A DNA stretch of 64,000 bases. Source: Nitrospirota bacterium (GTDB lineage Bacteria > Nitrospirota > Nitrospiria > Nitrospirales > Nitrospiraceae). The first letter of the stretch is position 1. Each line of letters starts with the position of its first letter. The stretch is from assembly GCA_030684575.1 (NCBI GenBank), contig JAUXVD010000021.1, positions 92,633 to 156,632 of the forward strand, read 5' to 3'. The position numbers and the translations under genes are program-made. The notes under the pieces were generated by a model that saw nothing but the letters and a program-made list of their open reading frames with translations, was not told the DNA's origin and searched no databases. Below are positions 63,857-64,000 of the stretch, piece after piece.

Positions 63857-64000
63857 ATGTCGCTCGAATCCTCGTCACATTTGTCAGACGGATTTCAGGT
63901 GAGGCACCGCACCCTCGGCATCTACCAGGGAAGTGCGATCGAGCTGGCCTTCTGGCACCCCTCATCCGGGATGCCGGAATATGGACTCTGTCGGTTCGCC
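63857..64000 (+). CDS. 5' end of an unidentified gene (runs off the window)
   Basis: ATG at 63857 with GGAGG about 10 nt upstream. The frame stays open to the window end. No domain recognisable in 48 aa. Confidence 0.3.
   Translation, partial: MSLESSSHLSDGFQVRHRTLGIYQGSAIELAFWHPSSGMPEYGLCRFA

Overview
GC-rich (roughly 58-60% by eye) bacterial chromosomal segment, densely coding. My impression is Nitrospirota-like, but that is not testable here. I call about 55 protein genes and find no rRNA, tRNA or CRISPR array. Housekeeping genes: aat, hemL, pyk, a PFK-family fusion, gmhA, an rfaE-domain-II/hldC-like gene, dinB, mfd, two SurA/parvulin PPIases, engB, mtgA, murJ, ogt, a TonB-dependent receptor, an M16 peptidase pair and a LemA-TPM-TPM cluster.

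Regions worth a second look:
1. A cyclase-like DUF3095 gene lies convergent to an orphan CARF (Cas02710-like) gene. The CARF gene is tightly packed with a YbgC thioesterase and an untracked 37-aa membrane micro-ORF, with no cas genes or CRISPR array in the window. This is a candidate CRISPR-independent nucleotide-signalling module (36.6-39.9 kb).
2. A 1579-aa internally triplicated six-domain multicopper oxidase has only one complete copper-ligand set. It is followed by a cupredoxin-like protein, an unknown secreted protein and an SmbP-like secreted protein. An FGE/SUMF1-like gene lies divergent to it and a sigma54 two-component pair is nearby (7.1-19.3 kb).
3. Two interspersed structured repeat families. 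One is a foldback family with a conserved ~50-nt core and locus-specific complementary arms, with nested copies and a strand-biased G:T pattern. The other is a ~120-nt TIR element that starts at or within one base of stop codons and shows compensatory changes in its central hairpin.
4. A dtd gene broken by an internal out-of-frame deletion.
5. A histidine-phosphatase/PFK-1 fusion with non-canonical active-site residues.
6. A lipoprotein barnase/barstar pair.

All functional calls come from motif recognition by eye. No database search was run.
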